From: Thermoproteota archaeon
GTDB lineage: Archaea; Korarchaeota; Korarchaeia; Korarchaeales; Korarchaeaceae
Assembly (NCBI GenBank): GCA_026986575.1
Contig: JALSOH010000004.1
Span: 768,001-832,000, forward strand
Length of the DNA stretch: 64,000 bases
Direction: 5' to 3'
In this document: one piece after another, positions 49,303 through 58,482 of the stretch
Layout: each line of letters begins with the position of its first letter
How positions within the stretch are numbered: the stretch's first letter is position 1
The notes under the pieces: model-generated
Database searches by the model: none
The model's input: the letters and a program-made list of their open reading frames with translations, nothing else
Told to the model about the DNA's origin: nothing
Program-made: the position numbers and the translations under genes

Positions 49303-49367
49303 GGGGCGATGAGGCTGGAGGGGACATCTGATAACGGGGTGATGAGACACCCCTCAGGCTGAGCCCC
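49303..49367 (+). ncRNA. Archaeal C/D-box methylation-guide sRNA
   Basis: C box CGATGA 49307-12, D' CTGA 49328-31, C' TGATGA 49340-45, D CTGA 49359-62, GGGG/CCCC terminal stem, TTTAATAT about 25 nt upstream. Confidence 0.75.
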
Positions 49368-49917
49368 CCTGACTGGGCGTAGAAGGGGAAGGGTATTGGA
49401 TGGTCTCCTTTCCTCGGACAAACCCGTAGAGGACTTTAAGGAGACCGTATAAGGAGGTCAAGTGGACCGCGATCACTACGGAGGTCAAGACGAGGGAGGA
49501 GACGAAGAAGAGGGGATCAATGGGTACCGCTGGAAGGGAGGGAATCCCCGGAGCGATGGAAGAGATGACGACGAGCGACTTCCCTACCCTCCCCAGTCCC
49601 CTCCAGACGCGCACGAACCAAGATGCCTCCAGATATATCACGGCTAGTGGGAGGATCGTCGAAAGACCCTTTATTCCGCAGACGCCTGCAAAACAGAGGA
49701 TCGTTCCTATCATGCTCCAAGGAAGTGCGAGGATAACCATAGCTGGCCATATGGACAGGGGTTTGAGCAGATCGTAGAGGGGAGGGGGCTCAGTCCCGGG
49801 AACGTCGTCCACGAAAGCGTAAGCCTGTATCTGGCCTCCTACAAGGATGAACGCGAGGATAAGGGTGAGGACAATCGAGGAGGGGTCGGGGAGGACCCAC
49901 TCGAACCTCGGACTCAT
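49354..49917 (-). CDS. Hypothetical membrane protein
   Basis: Multiple TM segments, PPPLYDLL; TTATAA box upstream. Confidence 0.65.
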   Translation of the reverse strand: MSPRFEWVLPDPSSIVLTLILAFILVGGQIQAYAFVDDVPGTEPPPLYDLLKPLSIWPAMVILALPWSMIGTILCFAGVCGIKGLSTILPLAVIYLEASWFVRVWRGLGRVGKSLVVISSIAPGIPSLPAVPIDPLFFVSSLVLTSVVIAVHLTSLYGLLKVLYGFVRGKETIQYPSPSTPSQGGSA

Positions 49918-50027
49918 GCGCATGCCCGTTGACACGGGCATGCATCCCTTATAAGCTCGGCGGGACATCCGAGTGGGGGTCAGCCTCTTTACACAAAAGG
50001 TAATATAGGGGGTCCGTTGGATCCCCC

Positions 50028-50393
50028 GTGCGAGGCAGGGTCAAGGTCACGATATACGGTCTCTTCCCCACAGTCTACTTCACCGCAGCGCCCTGCTGCC
50101 GCTTCACCACCCCTGAGGAGGAGAGGTACGGCGCTGAGCAGCTGCAAGAGTACCCTTGGTGGATGGTGCACGACCTGAGGCAAGCCGCTGCCCTAGTCGA
50201 GAGGCTCTCCAAGTACGGGGGGTCCGTGAGGGTGGAGCTTGTGAGCGCGGACTCCCTCAAGGGGGTGTGGCTTTCACTGAGGTACGGGCTCGGGGGCGAG
50301 CCGGCCGTATTGGTGAACGGCTGGGTGTTCAAGGGCCCGGCCCTGGATCCGGACACTATTGAAGACTTCGTGAGACGCCTGCTGGGCTACTGA
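50028..50393 (+). CDS. Thioredoxin-like hypothetical protein with a vicinal CC
   Basis: APCC; C-terminal LRYG...PAVLVNG thioredoxin-like strand. Confidence 0.65.
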   Translation: MRGRVKVTIYGLFPTVYFTAAPCCRFTTPEEERYGAEQLQEYPWWMVHDLRQAAALVERLSKYGGSVRVELVSADSLKGVWLSLRYGLGGEPAVLVNGWVFKGPALDPDTIEDFVRRLLGY

Positions 50394-50395
50394 AC

Positions 50396-50626
50396 TCATA
50401 TCTCCTCTATTTTGATGGCCTCCACCGGACAGGACATGGCCGCATTCTCAACGCATTCCTTCAGCTCATCGGGGACCTCTCCCACGGATAGACTGTCCGA
50501 CAGTTCCTTGCTATACTTGTCGACGACTCTGTTCTTACCTTCGAGCACGAAAACCTCTGAGCAGAGGGTGGGAGCCACTCCGCATGCTATACAGGATTCC
50601 CTATCCACTACGACTCTCAGGGTCAT
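50396..50626 (-). CDS. Monocluster ferredoxin (atypical ligand set)
   Basis: VDRESCIACGVAPTLC...AAMSCPVEAI. Confidence 0.85.
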   Translation of the reverse strand: MTLRVVVDRESCIACGVAPTLCSEVFVLEGKNRVVDKYSKELSDSLSVGEVPDELKECVENAAMSCPVEAIKIEEI

Positions 50627-50797
50627 ACTCGTATAAGTCCGTTATACATAATAAAGGTGAGCTTCCAGATAGATGTCGGAAAGATCGCCATCTGTTAGAT
50701 CCTAACCCCCACGAGTTAGGCTCTAACAGAACGTTTCGAGTGCGCTGGGAAACGGTAAAGGGGGATTCTTCTCTGGATCAGAGGTGATAGGGTCAGG

Positions 50798-51030
50798 GCT
50801 TTCCACCACACGGTGGATGCCTCGGCGGAGCTCTCTAAGAGGTTCCCAGTGGATCTGCATTTGCTGAATGAGGCACCCGCACTCTTCCTGTATCATGTCT
50901 TCACCGAGGGGAGGTCCCTTATTATCGAGGGGTGAGAGAGTGAGATCGGAGGTCTATACAGGGCCCTCAAGATGTACTTGGACTTTAAGGAGGGAATCAA
51001 GTCCTTGGGTAGAATTCGCTCGCATCGCGA
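50798..51030 (+). pseudogene. Remnant of a canonical MNT nucleotidyltransferase (C-terminal half)
   Basis: VDLHLLNEAPALFLYHVFTEG...*...KMYLDFK; TGA at 50933; no intact start. Confidence 0.55.
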
Positions 51031-51080
51031 GGCGGAGAAAAGCCTTCTACCTGCAAACGAAGAAGTTAGACTTCATGGAA

Positions 51081-51460
51081 TCAGAAGGGTTCGCAGCCTA
51101 TCCTCACTAGATCGCGTGGACTTAACCTCACACAGATGTACTCGCTGCCAGCGGATCCCACAACCCAGTCGAGGGAGATGAGGGCCCTGTCGATGTAGCA
51201 CGGCATGATACCGTGGAAGGCGAAGGAAGAGATGCTTCCCAGTTCGTATCCAAGGACGGAGAGGATCTCATCATGTCTCGCCAACCTTGGCCTCTTCAGC
51301 CCGGAGGCGGACCTCAATCTCCTCAGGTCAACCCTCCTGTCCCCCCGAGGTGATGACGAAGACGAAGTTCCCCCTCTCCACGAAGACTAGGGTCTTCAGG
51401 ACTCTATTGAGCGGAATGCCCGGGACTTGGCTGCCTCCTCCGAGGTCCTCCCGCTCACTC
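51081..51460 (-). pseudogene. YbaK/ProXp aminoacyl-tRNA deacylase remnant
   Basis: RVLKTLVF, then an extra G in a G6 run (51341-46) whose repair restores GDRRVDL...GYELGSISSF...GSAGS; N-terminus degraded. Confidence 0.7.
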
Positions 51461-51679
51461 CATGCTAGATTATCTCTCCACCAATTCTTAGGGCCTCCAT
51501 CGTACGTAAGGCCCTCTTCACGGGATCCACATGCCCGAGCGTTCGGGCATAATATAATTAACCTAAGGAGACCGCGGACCATAGCATCGGCTGTTCCGCC
51601 CACCGGAGTTGTTCAACTCAAGATACTCACATCCGTAGACGGGCCCCATCTTTATTAGCCGGAACGGGCCTACTCACCG

Positions 51680-51994
51680 ATGCTCCCGATAGTAGTAGAG
51701 GCCTCCGCCTCTGAGTCGTGGCTGGACTCGGTGATAAAGTTCTCCCAGGAGCTCAGGTCCCACTTCGGCAGGAGGCTCCTCAGGGTCATAGCCCTTCCCA
51801 GCCCCGATCAGGAGGTCCACGACTCCAACGTCCTCGTGGTCCTCGACAGGTATGACCTGAGCGATGTGGATGCCGTTGTAGAGATCGCCTCCCGCGTCGA
51901 TGAGAGGATAAACCCCTTGGTCGCCAGTGCCGACGAGGAGGACGAGGTGGAGGCCTTCCTTCAAGCCGGTGGTAGGGATGTCCAAGCTGGTTAA
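51680..51994 (+). CDS. Degenerate MNT-like protein
   Basis: FGRRLLRVIALP...DSNVLVVLD...INPLV; upstream of a HEPN gene. Confidence 0.7.
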   Translation: MLPIVVEASASESWLDSVIKFSQELRSHFGRRLLRVIALPSPDQEVHDSNVLVVLDRYDLSDVDAVVEIASRVDERINPLVASADEEDEVEAFLQAGGRDVQAG

Positions 51995-52340
51995 GTCTAG
52001 AGTCCTAATGGAGGAGGCAGAGAAGGACTTGGAGCACGGTTCTTACAACAAGGCCGTGTCCGCTTCCTACTTCGCCACTAGGTTACTGGTAGAGCATCTG
52101 ATAAGGGGTTTGAAGACCTCAAAGGACGACAAGATAGCTAATGCCCTCCAAAGGCGATTGGAGGAGAGGATAGGGGAGGAGAGAGCTCGAGATATAAAGG
52201 AGAGGTACCTCAAGCTCTTCATGAGGAGGAAGATCGCTGATCACAAACCCTATCTCTTCTCGAAGGACGAGGCGGAATGGACGGTGTTGGAAGCTAAGAG
52301 GCTGATGGAGGAGATAATGGAGGCCCTCTCCCCGAGGTGA
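51978..52340 (+). CDS. HEPN domain protein
   Basis: EAEKDLEHGSYNKAVSASYFA, RKIADH. Confidence 0.88.
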   Translation: MSKLVKSRVLMEEAEKDLEHGSYNKAVSASYFATRLLVEHLIRGLKTSKDDKIANALQRRLEERIGEERARDIKERYLKLFMRRKIADHKPYLFSKDEAEWTVLEAKRLMEEIMEALSPR

Positions 52341-52373
52341 ATGCTTAAGTCCTGTTGGAACCTCCCAACCCAG

Positions 52374-54308
52374 ATGAAAGTCGCTTGCCAGAGGGACTGC
52401 CTTGACGGCTGCGTTCTAATCTTGGAGGGCGAGGGTTCTGAGGCCTCGGTGCGGGGCGATCCCGATCATCAGGTCACTAGGGGGTTCACATGTCCTAAGG
52501 CCCTGAACTTTCCCCGCTACTATTCTAGCGGAAGGAGAGTCCTCTACCCACATATCAGGACCGTAAATGGGTTCAAGAGGGTGAGCTGGGACCAAGCTCT
52601 GGATTTAATCGCCTCCAAGCTCAAGGAGGTGGTGAGGGAACATGGCCCACAGGAGATCCTCGTATTCAACTACTCTGGCAACACGGGACTAATAAACTTC
52701 AACTATCCGCTCAGGCTTGCCTACGCCCTCAACGCCTATCGGGTGCATTACACGATATGTGACGAGGCTGGTGAACTTGCGCTGGAGCTTCACTACGGCA
52801 TGCGCTACGGGGCCTTTCCGGAAGACCTTGAAAGGGCCGAGATGGTCGTGGTGTGGGGTGCAAACCCGGCCTCGTCCAGCGTGCACGCCTATCGCATCTT
52901 GGTAGACCTGAAGGTCAGGGGAGTGCCCATCTGGGTGATCGATCCTAGAAGGACGAGAACATCTCTGCTGGGGAATTACGTCAGGATAAAACCGGGAACT
53001 GATTCCTTACTGGCTGCAGGCATCTCTTGGTATCTGATAAATGAGATCGGCGTGGACGAGGACTTCATATCGAAATACACGGTGGGCTTCGAGGAGTACT
53101 CGCGACATATCTCCAAGTACACTCCCGAACTCGTGGAGAAGGTTACCGGAGTTCCCAAGCGGATAGTAAGGGAACTGGCAGAAGAATACGCTGAGCTTAA
53201 GCCCAGCGTCACGTATATCGGTGTGGGAATGCAGAAGACCAAGTATGGAGCTGAAGCTGTCCGCATCATCTCCCTAATACCTGCGCTGGTGGGAGTTCAC
53301 AGAGGTTTCTTCTTCTGCAACTCCTCTCGGGACTTCGACACCGCTTACCTGCAGGCCAGGCATCTGGGGGAGGACAGGAGGGTCAACATGCTGGACGTTC
53401 CCTCCATGCTCTCCTCAGGTCGCTTCAAGTTCCTCTACATCTACAACTCAAATCCCGCAGTTACCCTACCTAGGTCAGACCTCTTCCGAAAGGGCATGAG
53501 GAGGGAGGACTTGTTCTCCGTAGTGCACGATGTGATGTGGACTGAAACGGCGGAGCTGGCTGATGTAGTACTCCCAGCCACTGGGATGTTCGAACAGGAG
53601 GATTTCGTCGCCAGCTGGTGGCACCCCTATCTCGCTTACTCCCCCAAGGTCTGGGAGCCACTTGGGGAAAGCAGGCCTAATTGGTGGGTTGTCCAGGAAC
53701 TGTCCAAGAAGCTTGGGATAGAGACGCCTGAATTCAAGGAGGATCCCATCCGAGCTTTCGAAGGGGCTGTGAAGGGAAGTATGATGCTCAGGGTTCCCGT
53801 TGAGGAGGTGATGAGGAGGGGTTATGTGAGGCTGGAATACCCGCCGAAGCACGAGTACCAAACCCCCTCCGGCAGGATAGAATTCTACAGCAGCACAGCG
53901 GAGAGGCTTGGCTATTCTCCCCTTCCGGTCTTAGAGTGGGAGGAGGTCGATCTCGACTACCCATACGTCCTCATCACTAGTTCGGTTCCGAAGAGGACAT
54001 CCTCGCAGGATGCCATGCCGAGGGATCTCCCGGTGAGGGATCACGTTCACATCAGTTGTGAAGATGCCAGCAAACTGGGACTGAAATCAGGGGATCTGGT
54101 CCTCATTCGCTCCCCGTGGTCCGAAGCTATCTCAACGGTCGAGATCGACGATTCCCTCCCTAGCGGAGTATTATGGGCTAGGAGATCAGCCAAATTCATC
54201 AAGGGCACGGTCAACGATCTCCTGCAGGATGAAAAGCAAGTCATAGCCGGTGGAAACTCGCTCAACAGCAGCAGGGTATCGATTGAGGTGCTGGTCAGTG
54301 GGAGTTAA
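52374..54308 (+). CDS. Stand-alone cytoplasmic molybdopterin (DMSO reductase family) oxidoreductase
   Basis: CQRDCLDGC..C, TICDEAG, WGANP, IDPRRT, DVVLPA, TPSGRIEF; no Tat signal. Confidence 0.9.
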   Translation: MKVACQRDCLDGCVLILEGEGSEASVRGDPDHQVTRGFTCPKALNFPRYYSSGRRVLYPHIRTVNGFKRVSWDQALDLIASKLKEVVREHGPQEILVFNYSGNTGLINFNYPLRLAYALNAYRVHYTICDEAGELALELHYGMRYGAFPEDLERAEMVVVWGANPASSSVHAYRILVDLKVRGVPIWVIDPRRTRTSLLGNYVRIKPGTDSLLAAGISWYLINEIGVDEDFISKYTVGFEEYSRHISKYTPELVEKVTGVPKRIVRELAEEYAELKPSVTYIGVGMQKTKYGAEAVRIISLIPALVGVHRGFFFCNSSRDFDTAYLQARHLGEDRRVNMLDVPSMLSSGRFKFLYIYNSNPAVTLPRSDLFRKGMRREDLFSVVHDVMWTETAELADVVLPATGMFEQEDFVASWWHPYLAYSPKVWEPLGESRPNWWVVQELSKKLGIETPEFKEDPIRAFEGAVKGSMMLRVPVEEVMRRGYVRLEYPPKHEYQTPSGRIEFYSSTAERLGYSPLPVLEWEEVDLDYPYVLITSSVPKRTSSQDAMPRDLPVRDHVHISCEDASKLGLKSGDLVLIRSPWSEAISTVEIDDSLPSGVLWARRSAKFIKGTVNDLLQDEKQVIAGGNSLNSSRVSIEVLVSGS

Positions 54309-54372
54309 CGAATTTCCCGCAAGAATCCTAGGAAGGATTATCATATTCCTCCCCCTCATTTTTGGGATTATC

Positions 54373-55629
54373 ATGAAGGTAAGCGATTTACTTAAGGGAG
54401 AAGTACCCGTTGGGAGAGCAGTCGAGCTCGAGGGAACTATAATTGAGATACTTCCGTCCTTCTCGCTCGGAGACATAGTTTATGAGAGGTTCTCATTGGA
54501 GGACGGTACGGGACAGCTCACTGTGATCCTACCCGCATCACCCAAGTACTTCCTCCCCGACGACAAGGTGAAGGTGAGGGGAAGGGTCAGACCCTGCCCG
54601 TACGCCCCGTCAGTGACCTGTTTGGAGACATCGGGGGACGACATCGACATCTTGGAGTGGAAGTGGATAGAACCCAGATTCAGGGAAGGAGCTGCAAAGA
54701 GAGGAGCATTCGACGTAAATGCCCTCCTCCAAGTCACCAAGTTCGACCGAGAGCTCATCAGAGGGGTGGTCGAGACCGGTCTGGACCCGCTCAGGATGAG
54801 GGAGAGATTCGAGGAGAATATTTCCTCCGGAAAAGATGTGAGGTACCTAGTAGATGCGATAGCGGCCATGACCATGTACGCCATATTCCTCAGGGATCTA
54901 CCGGCGGCGAAGAGCGTTAAGACAACCCTCTACTTGCTGAGAGATTTGAAGCTCCCTGAGAGCGAGCGCAGGGTCTTGGAGCTCCTAGGGGAGATGATCG
55001 ACGCCTTGGTGAGCAGAGAAGGTCTGGCCCCCTACATATCACCGCCCGAAGCCATTCAGGGGGTAGTGGAGAGGTACCCGGTGGCGGAGGAGGACGAGAT
55101 AGAGGGTCTCCCGAGGCTTGGCTTTCTGGCTAAGAGGATAATAGAGGATCTCAGGGAGGGAAAGAAGGAGTTCCTGATAGTGGAGATATCCGATGGCTCC
55201 CAAGTTATGGAGGCGAGGAAGATGGCCGAGGTAGCTGCGGGGGTCGCGAAAGCGAAGCTCTACTACATGCCAATCTCCTCACTCAGTTCGGTCGAGGGGA
55301 TGGGTCAGGTGATATCGGACCTCAAGAGCATCGTGGAGGGAATCAAGCCGGATGAAAAGGTGGTTTTCTACATGGAGGGGCTTGAGCTCCTCGTTCCCAG
55401 CGAGAGGATGATGGAGATGATGAAACTCACCCCTCAAGGGGTATCAGCGGCCAAGGCGTTCAAGGCCGACCTCATGAAGACGCTGGAATCCTTATTGGAT
55501 AAGGCCATCGTGGTGTCTGTGACTAGCTCAAAGGTCCTCATAGACGACGAGCTGGCCTCTAGGGCAGCCCAGATAGTCTCAGGCGAGACGGGGATGGGAA
55601 TAAGTGGGGGAGGATACCCTCCCTACTGA
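54373..55629 (+). CDS. OB-fold protein with a degenerate AAA+-like C-terminal domain
   Basis: OB: VELEGTI...LEDGTGQLTV...DKVKVRGRV; C-terminus follows AAA+ topology without Walker motifs. Confidence 0.7.
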   Translation: MKVSDLLKGEVPVGRAVELEGTIIEILPSFSLGDIVYERFSLEDGTGQLTVILPASPKYFLPDDKVKVRGRVRPCPYAPSVTCLETSGDDIDILEWKWIEPRFREGAAKRGAFDVNALLQVTKFDRELIRGVVETGLDPLRMRERFEENISSGKDVRYLVDAIAAMTMYAIFLRDLPAAKSVKTTLYLLRDLKLPESERRVLELLGEMIDALVSREGLAPYISPPEAIQGVVERYPVAEEDEIEGLPRLGFLAKRIIEDLREGKKEFLIVEISDGSQVMEARKMAEVAAGVAKAKLYYMPISSLSSVEGMGQVISDLKSIVEGIKPDEKVVFYMEGLELLVPSERMMEMMKLTPQGVSAAKAFKADLMKTLESLLDKAIVVSVTSSKVLIDDELASRAAQIVSGETGMGISGGGYPPY

Positions 55630-56031
55630 TCACTCCCTCAATATGGTCATCACGGGCCTCCTAGTTGCCTTGGCCACTCTCTCCGAGATGCTCCTCCCCA
55701 CGACCTTTCCCAAACCCTTTCTTCTTCTCTTGAACATGATAATCAGGTCATACTTCCCTTCCTCAGCCTCCTCGACTATGGCATCGGCCACATCCCTCGC
55801 CTCGGCCACGACCACTCTAGTGGGGATACCCATGCTCCTCAGCTCTTGAGCTAGATCCCTCAACCACTCGGGGGTGTTCACTTCAACGTCGAGAGGCGTG
55901 GTTATGGGGACCTTCACCACGTGAAAGATGGTCAGTTCGCTCCCCCCTTCTAGTTGGGAGAGTGCCGCCACTATTTCCCTCGCATCCACCCTATCTTTGA
56001 GGGGGAGCAGCACCTTTCTCAGCTTAACCAC
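55630..56031 (-). CDS. Universal stress protein (UspA family)
   Basis: KVLLP, IFHVV, ADAIVEEA..YDLIIM, GRSISERVAKATRRPV. Confidence 0.9.
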   Translation of the reverse strand: MVKLRKVLLPLKDRVDAREIVAALSQLEGGSELTIFHVVKVPITTPLDVEVNTPEWLRDLAQELRSMGIPTRVVVAEARDVADAIVEEAEEGKYDLIIMFKRRRKGLGKVVGRSISERVAKATRRPVMTILRE

Positions 56032-56090
56032 CTCTTTTTATTCTCAGCAACCGTTTTAAGCTCTTTCTACTCCTTGAGCTCCCGGTGGAA

Positions 56091-56432
56091 ATGAGGGTTC
56101 GGGAGGATCCAACCACTTCATTCGTGAGAGGGAGCTACCGTCTCCTCATCTTAGCGTTGCTAGAAAGCTCTGTAATGCACGGTTATCAGATTTTAAAGAA
56201 TTTAGAAGGGCTGACGGGACAGAAACCAAAGATAAGCACCCTCTACTCTATACTGAAGGACATGGAGAGGAGCGGACTCCTCCGCTCGAGGGTGGAGGAT
56301 GCTAGGAGGATATACCAGCTCACGGAGAGGGGAAGGCAGGTTTTGGATGAGTTCAGGTCTAAGCTGGGCGAGGGGGCGCTGAGGATACTGGAGTTCATAA
56401 TGAGACCTAGGACCCTCTCGTCTAATCGTTAG
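56091..56432 (+). CDS. PadR-family regulator
   Basis: ILALL..MHGYQI, TLYSILKDMERSGL, RRIYQLTERG. Confidence 0.92.
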   Translation: MRVREDPTTSFVRGSYRLLILALLESSVMHGYQILKNLEGLTGQKPKISTLYSILKDMERSGLLRSRVEDARRIYQLTERGRQVLDEFRSKLGEGALRILEFIMRPRTLSSNR

Positions 56433-56481
56433 AAGCGTTACTTCTAATAATTTATATATTTATCAGAACAGCAACTTCTAA
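56429..56481. promoter_or_regulatory. Two 19-bp palindromes (TTAGAAG-N5-CTTCTAA; TCAGAAC-N5-CTTCTAA) flanking a TTTATA box
   Basis: 56429-56447 perfect, 56463-56481 imperfect and overlapping the ATG. Confidence 0.6.
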
Positions 56482-57689
56482 TGAGTATGCTCGAGTGGCA
56501 GAACCCTTGGTGGGGGGGGAAGAAGAGCAAGGTAGTCCTTAAATGGGAGGAAAGAAAGTACAAGTGGGTCCCCTCGTGGTTAAACGAGATATCTCTTGAG
56601 CCGTTCTCTCTCAACTTCGTGATGGGCCCCAGGCAGGTGGGAAAGACCACGGGCCTTCACCTTCTCATAGACAGGCTTATTAAGGGCGGGGTGGAGCCAC
56701 AAAGGATATTCTTCCTCGATCTGGACCTCGTATGGGATCTGGATTCCTTCAAGAGGGCTCTGGACGACTACCTGAGGATGAGAGCTTATGAGGGTCACGA
56801 CTCGTCCTACATAATCTTGGACGAGGTGACTAGCTTGGAAGGGTGGTGGAGGCTTGTCAAGGGCTACATTGACCTGGGGATCTTTGACAACGATGTGCTG
56901 ATTCTCACAGGATCCTCCTCCCTGAGGGTGAAGGGGAACGCAGAGCTCTTTCCTGGCAGGATGGGTAAGGGAGTCGAGGTGGAAGCTTTGCCCCTTTCCT
57001 TTCGGGAGTTCCTCCAAGTGAAGGGGATCGAGGTGAAGAGGACCGGGAATCTAGAGAAGGATATGGTCTCACTTCTTCCGGTTAGGGAGAGGGTTAGAGG
57101 ACTGTTTCGAGAGTACATGAGATTCGGGGGATATCCCCTCTCCGTAAATGAAGATCCAGCGGCCGAGGAATCCTTCATAAGATCCGTCATCGGCGAGCTG
57201 CTGAGATTGGGGAGGAACCCCTCCCTGGCCTCGGCCGTAGTGGGATCCCTGCTCAGGAAGGCTCCCTCTCCCCTGTCTTACAGCTCCATAGGCTCAGATG
57301 TGGGAATATCATACAAGACCGTCAGGGACTACTTGGAGGTGCTTAAGGGATTGATGATGATTGGGGAAGCTCCATTCATGGAGTCGGGCTCGGTAAAATG
57401 GAGAAAGGAGAGGAAATATTTCATGAGAGATCCCTTCCTCGTAAGGTCCTTGGCTGGCTGGGTGGGAGTGGATCCCTTACCCAGTGCCATGCACGAGTGG
57501 GTCGTGCAAGAGCACCTCCTCAGGAGGTTCGGAAGAGTCTATTACTGGAGAGACGGATATGAAGTTGACGCCGTTGCCAACGGGCTCAAGGTCGAGGTCA
57601 AGGCCGGAAAGCCCCACAGAAGATATCCTAGGGATGTCCTGATCTTAGATGAGGATAACATAGCCGACTTCCTAGCGGTAATCGTCTGA
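56481..57689 (+). CDS. AAA_14/DUF4143-type ATPase with wHTH and nuclease-like C-terminus
   Basis: GPRQVGKTT, ILDEV, LTGSSS, PLSFREF, GGYP, EVD...VEVK. Confidence 0.9.
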   Translation: MSMLEWQNPWWGGKKSKVVLKWEERKYKWVPSWLNEISLEPFSLNFVMGPRQVGKTTGLHLLIDRLIKGGVEPQRIFFLDLDLVWDLDSFKRALDDYLRMRAYEGHDSSYIILDEVTSLEGWWRLVKGYIDLGIFDNDVLILTGSSSLRVKGNAELFPGRMGKGVEVEALPLSFREFLQVKGIEVKRTGNLEKDMVSLLPVRERVRGLFREYMRFGGYPLSVNEDPAAEESFIRSVIGELLRLGRNPSLASAVVGSLLRKAPSPLSYSSIGSDVGISYKTVRDYLEVLKGLMMIGEAPFMESGSVKWRKERKYFMRDPFLVRSLAGWVGVDPLPSAMHEWVVQEHLLRRFGRVYYWRDGYEVDAVANGLKVEVKAGKPHRRYPRDVLILDEDNIADFLAVIV

Positions 57690-57691
57690 TC

Positions 57692-58402
57692 CTAAGGTCT
57701 TCTGGCCTTGATGGCCACAAAAGTTCCTAAGAGAGCCCTCTTCACCTTGATAATCTCGAACTTCTCCCCAATTATGCTGGTGAATTCGGAGGTCGTTAAC
57801 ATGCTTCTAAAGGTTGGGTAGAGAGCCTTCCATGGCGTATCAAAGCTCCCGTATATGGGTATGGAGATAAGGGGGACCAAAGTCCTGAGGTAGAGGCCCA
57901 CCAGCCAAGCGAAAGCCCTGTTGTCCGGTCTGACTAGGTCCAAGACTAGGAGCTGGCCGCCCGGCTTGAGCACCCTCCTGAACTCACTTAAAGCTCCGTA
58001 AAGGTCCCTTGCATCCCTCAAAGCATAAGCTGTTACGATGACATCTACGGAGCTGTTGGGTAGAGGTACGGATTCGAAGGTGGCCTCCAAGAAGTTTAGC
58101 TCAACGTCGCCAGCGATGCCTCTCAGATTATCGAAGGCCGCCTTCAGCATCGACGGCAGCGGATCCAAGCAGTAGAGCTTACCCTCTCTCATCCTCTTCA
58201 GTATGTGGACTGACATGTTCCCTGGTCCACAGCCAGCGTCCAGCACTGTCATGCCATCATCCAGCGCTGCCATGCCGGCGAGGACTTTCCTCATCCTCTC
58301 GCTGTAACCTAGAGTGATCACCCTGTTCACAGCCTCGTACTTCCTGACCGTCCTGTCCAGAGCGCTGACTATCTCCTTCCAAGTGCCGTCCTCCAAGCCC
58401 AC
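57692..58402 (-). CDS. UbiE/MenG-like SAM methyltransferase
   Basis: YEAVNRVITLG, LDAGCGPG, AYALRD, EFRRVLKPGG. Confidence 0.85.
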   Translation of the reverse strand: MGLEDGTWKEIVSALDRTVRKYEAVNRVITLGYSERMRKVLAGMAALDDGMTVLDAGCGPGNMSVHILKRMREGKLYCLDPLPSMLKAAFDNLRGIAGDVELNFLEATFESVPLPNSSVDVIVTAYALRDARDLYGALSEFRRVLKPGGQLLVLDLVRPDNRAFAWLVGLYLRTLVPLISIPIYGSFDTPWKALYPTFRSMLTTSEFTSIIGEKFEIIKVKRALLGTFVAIKARRP

Positions 58403-58482
58403 GCGCCGAGCTGCCTTGAAGAGGTTAAAAGGTTATCACTGAGGAGGCCTCAAGTTTTTCTCCTCTCCGCTCGCGATCCCGT

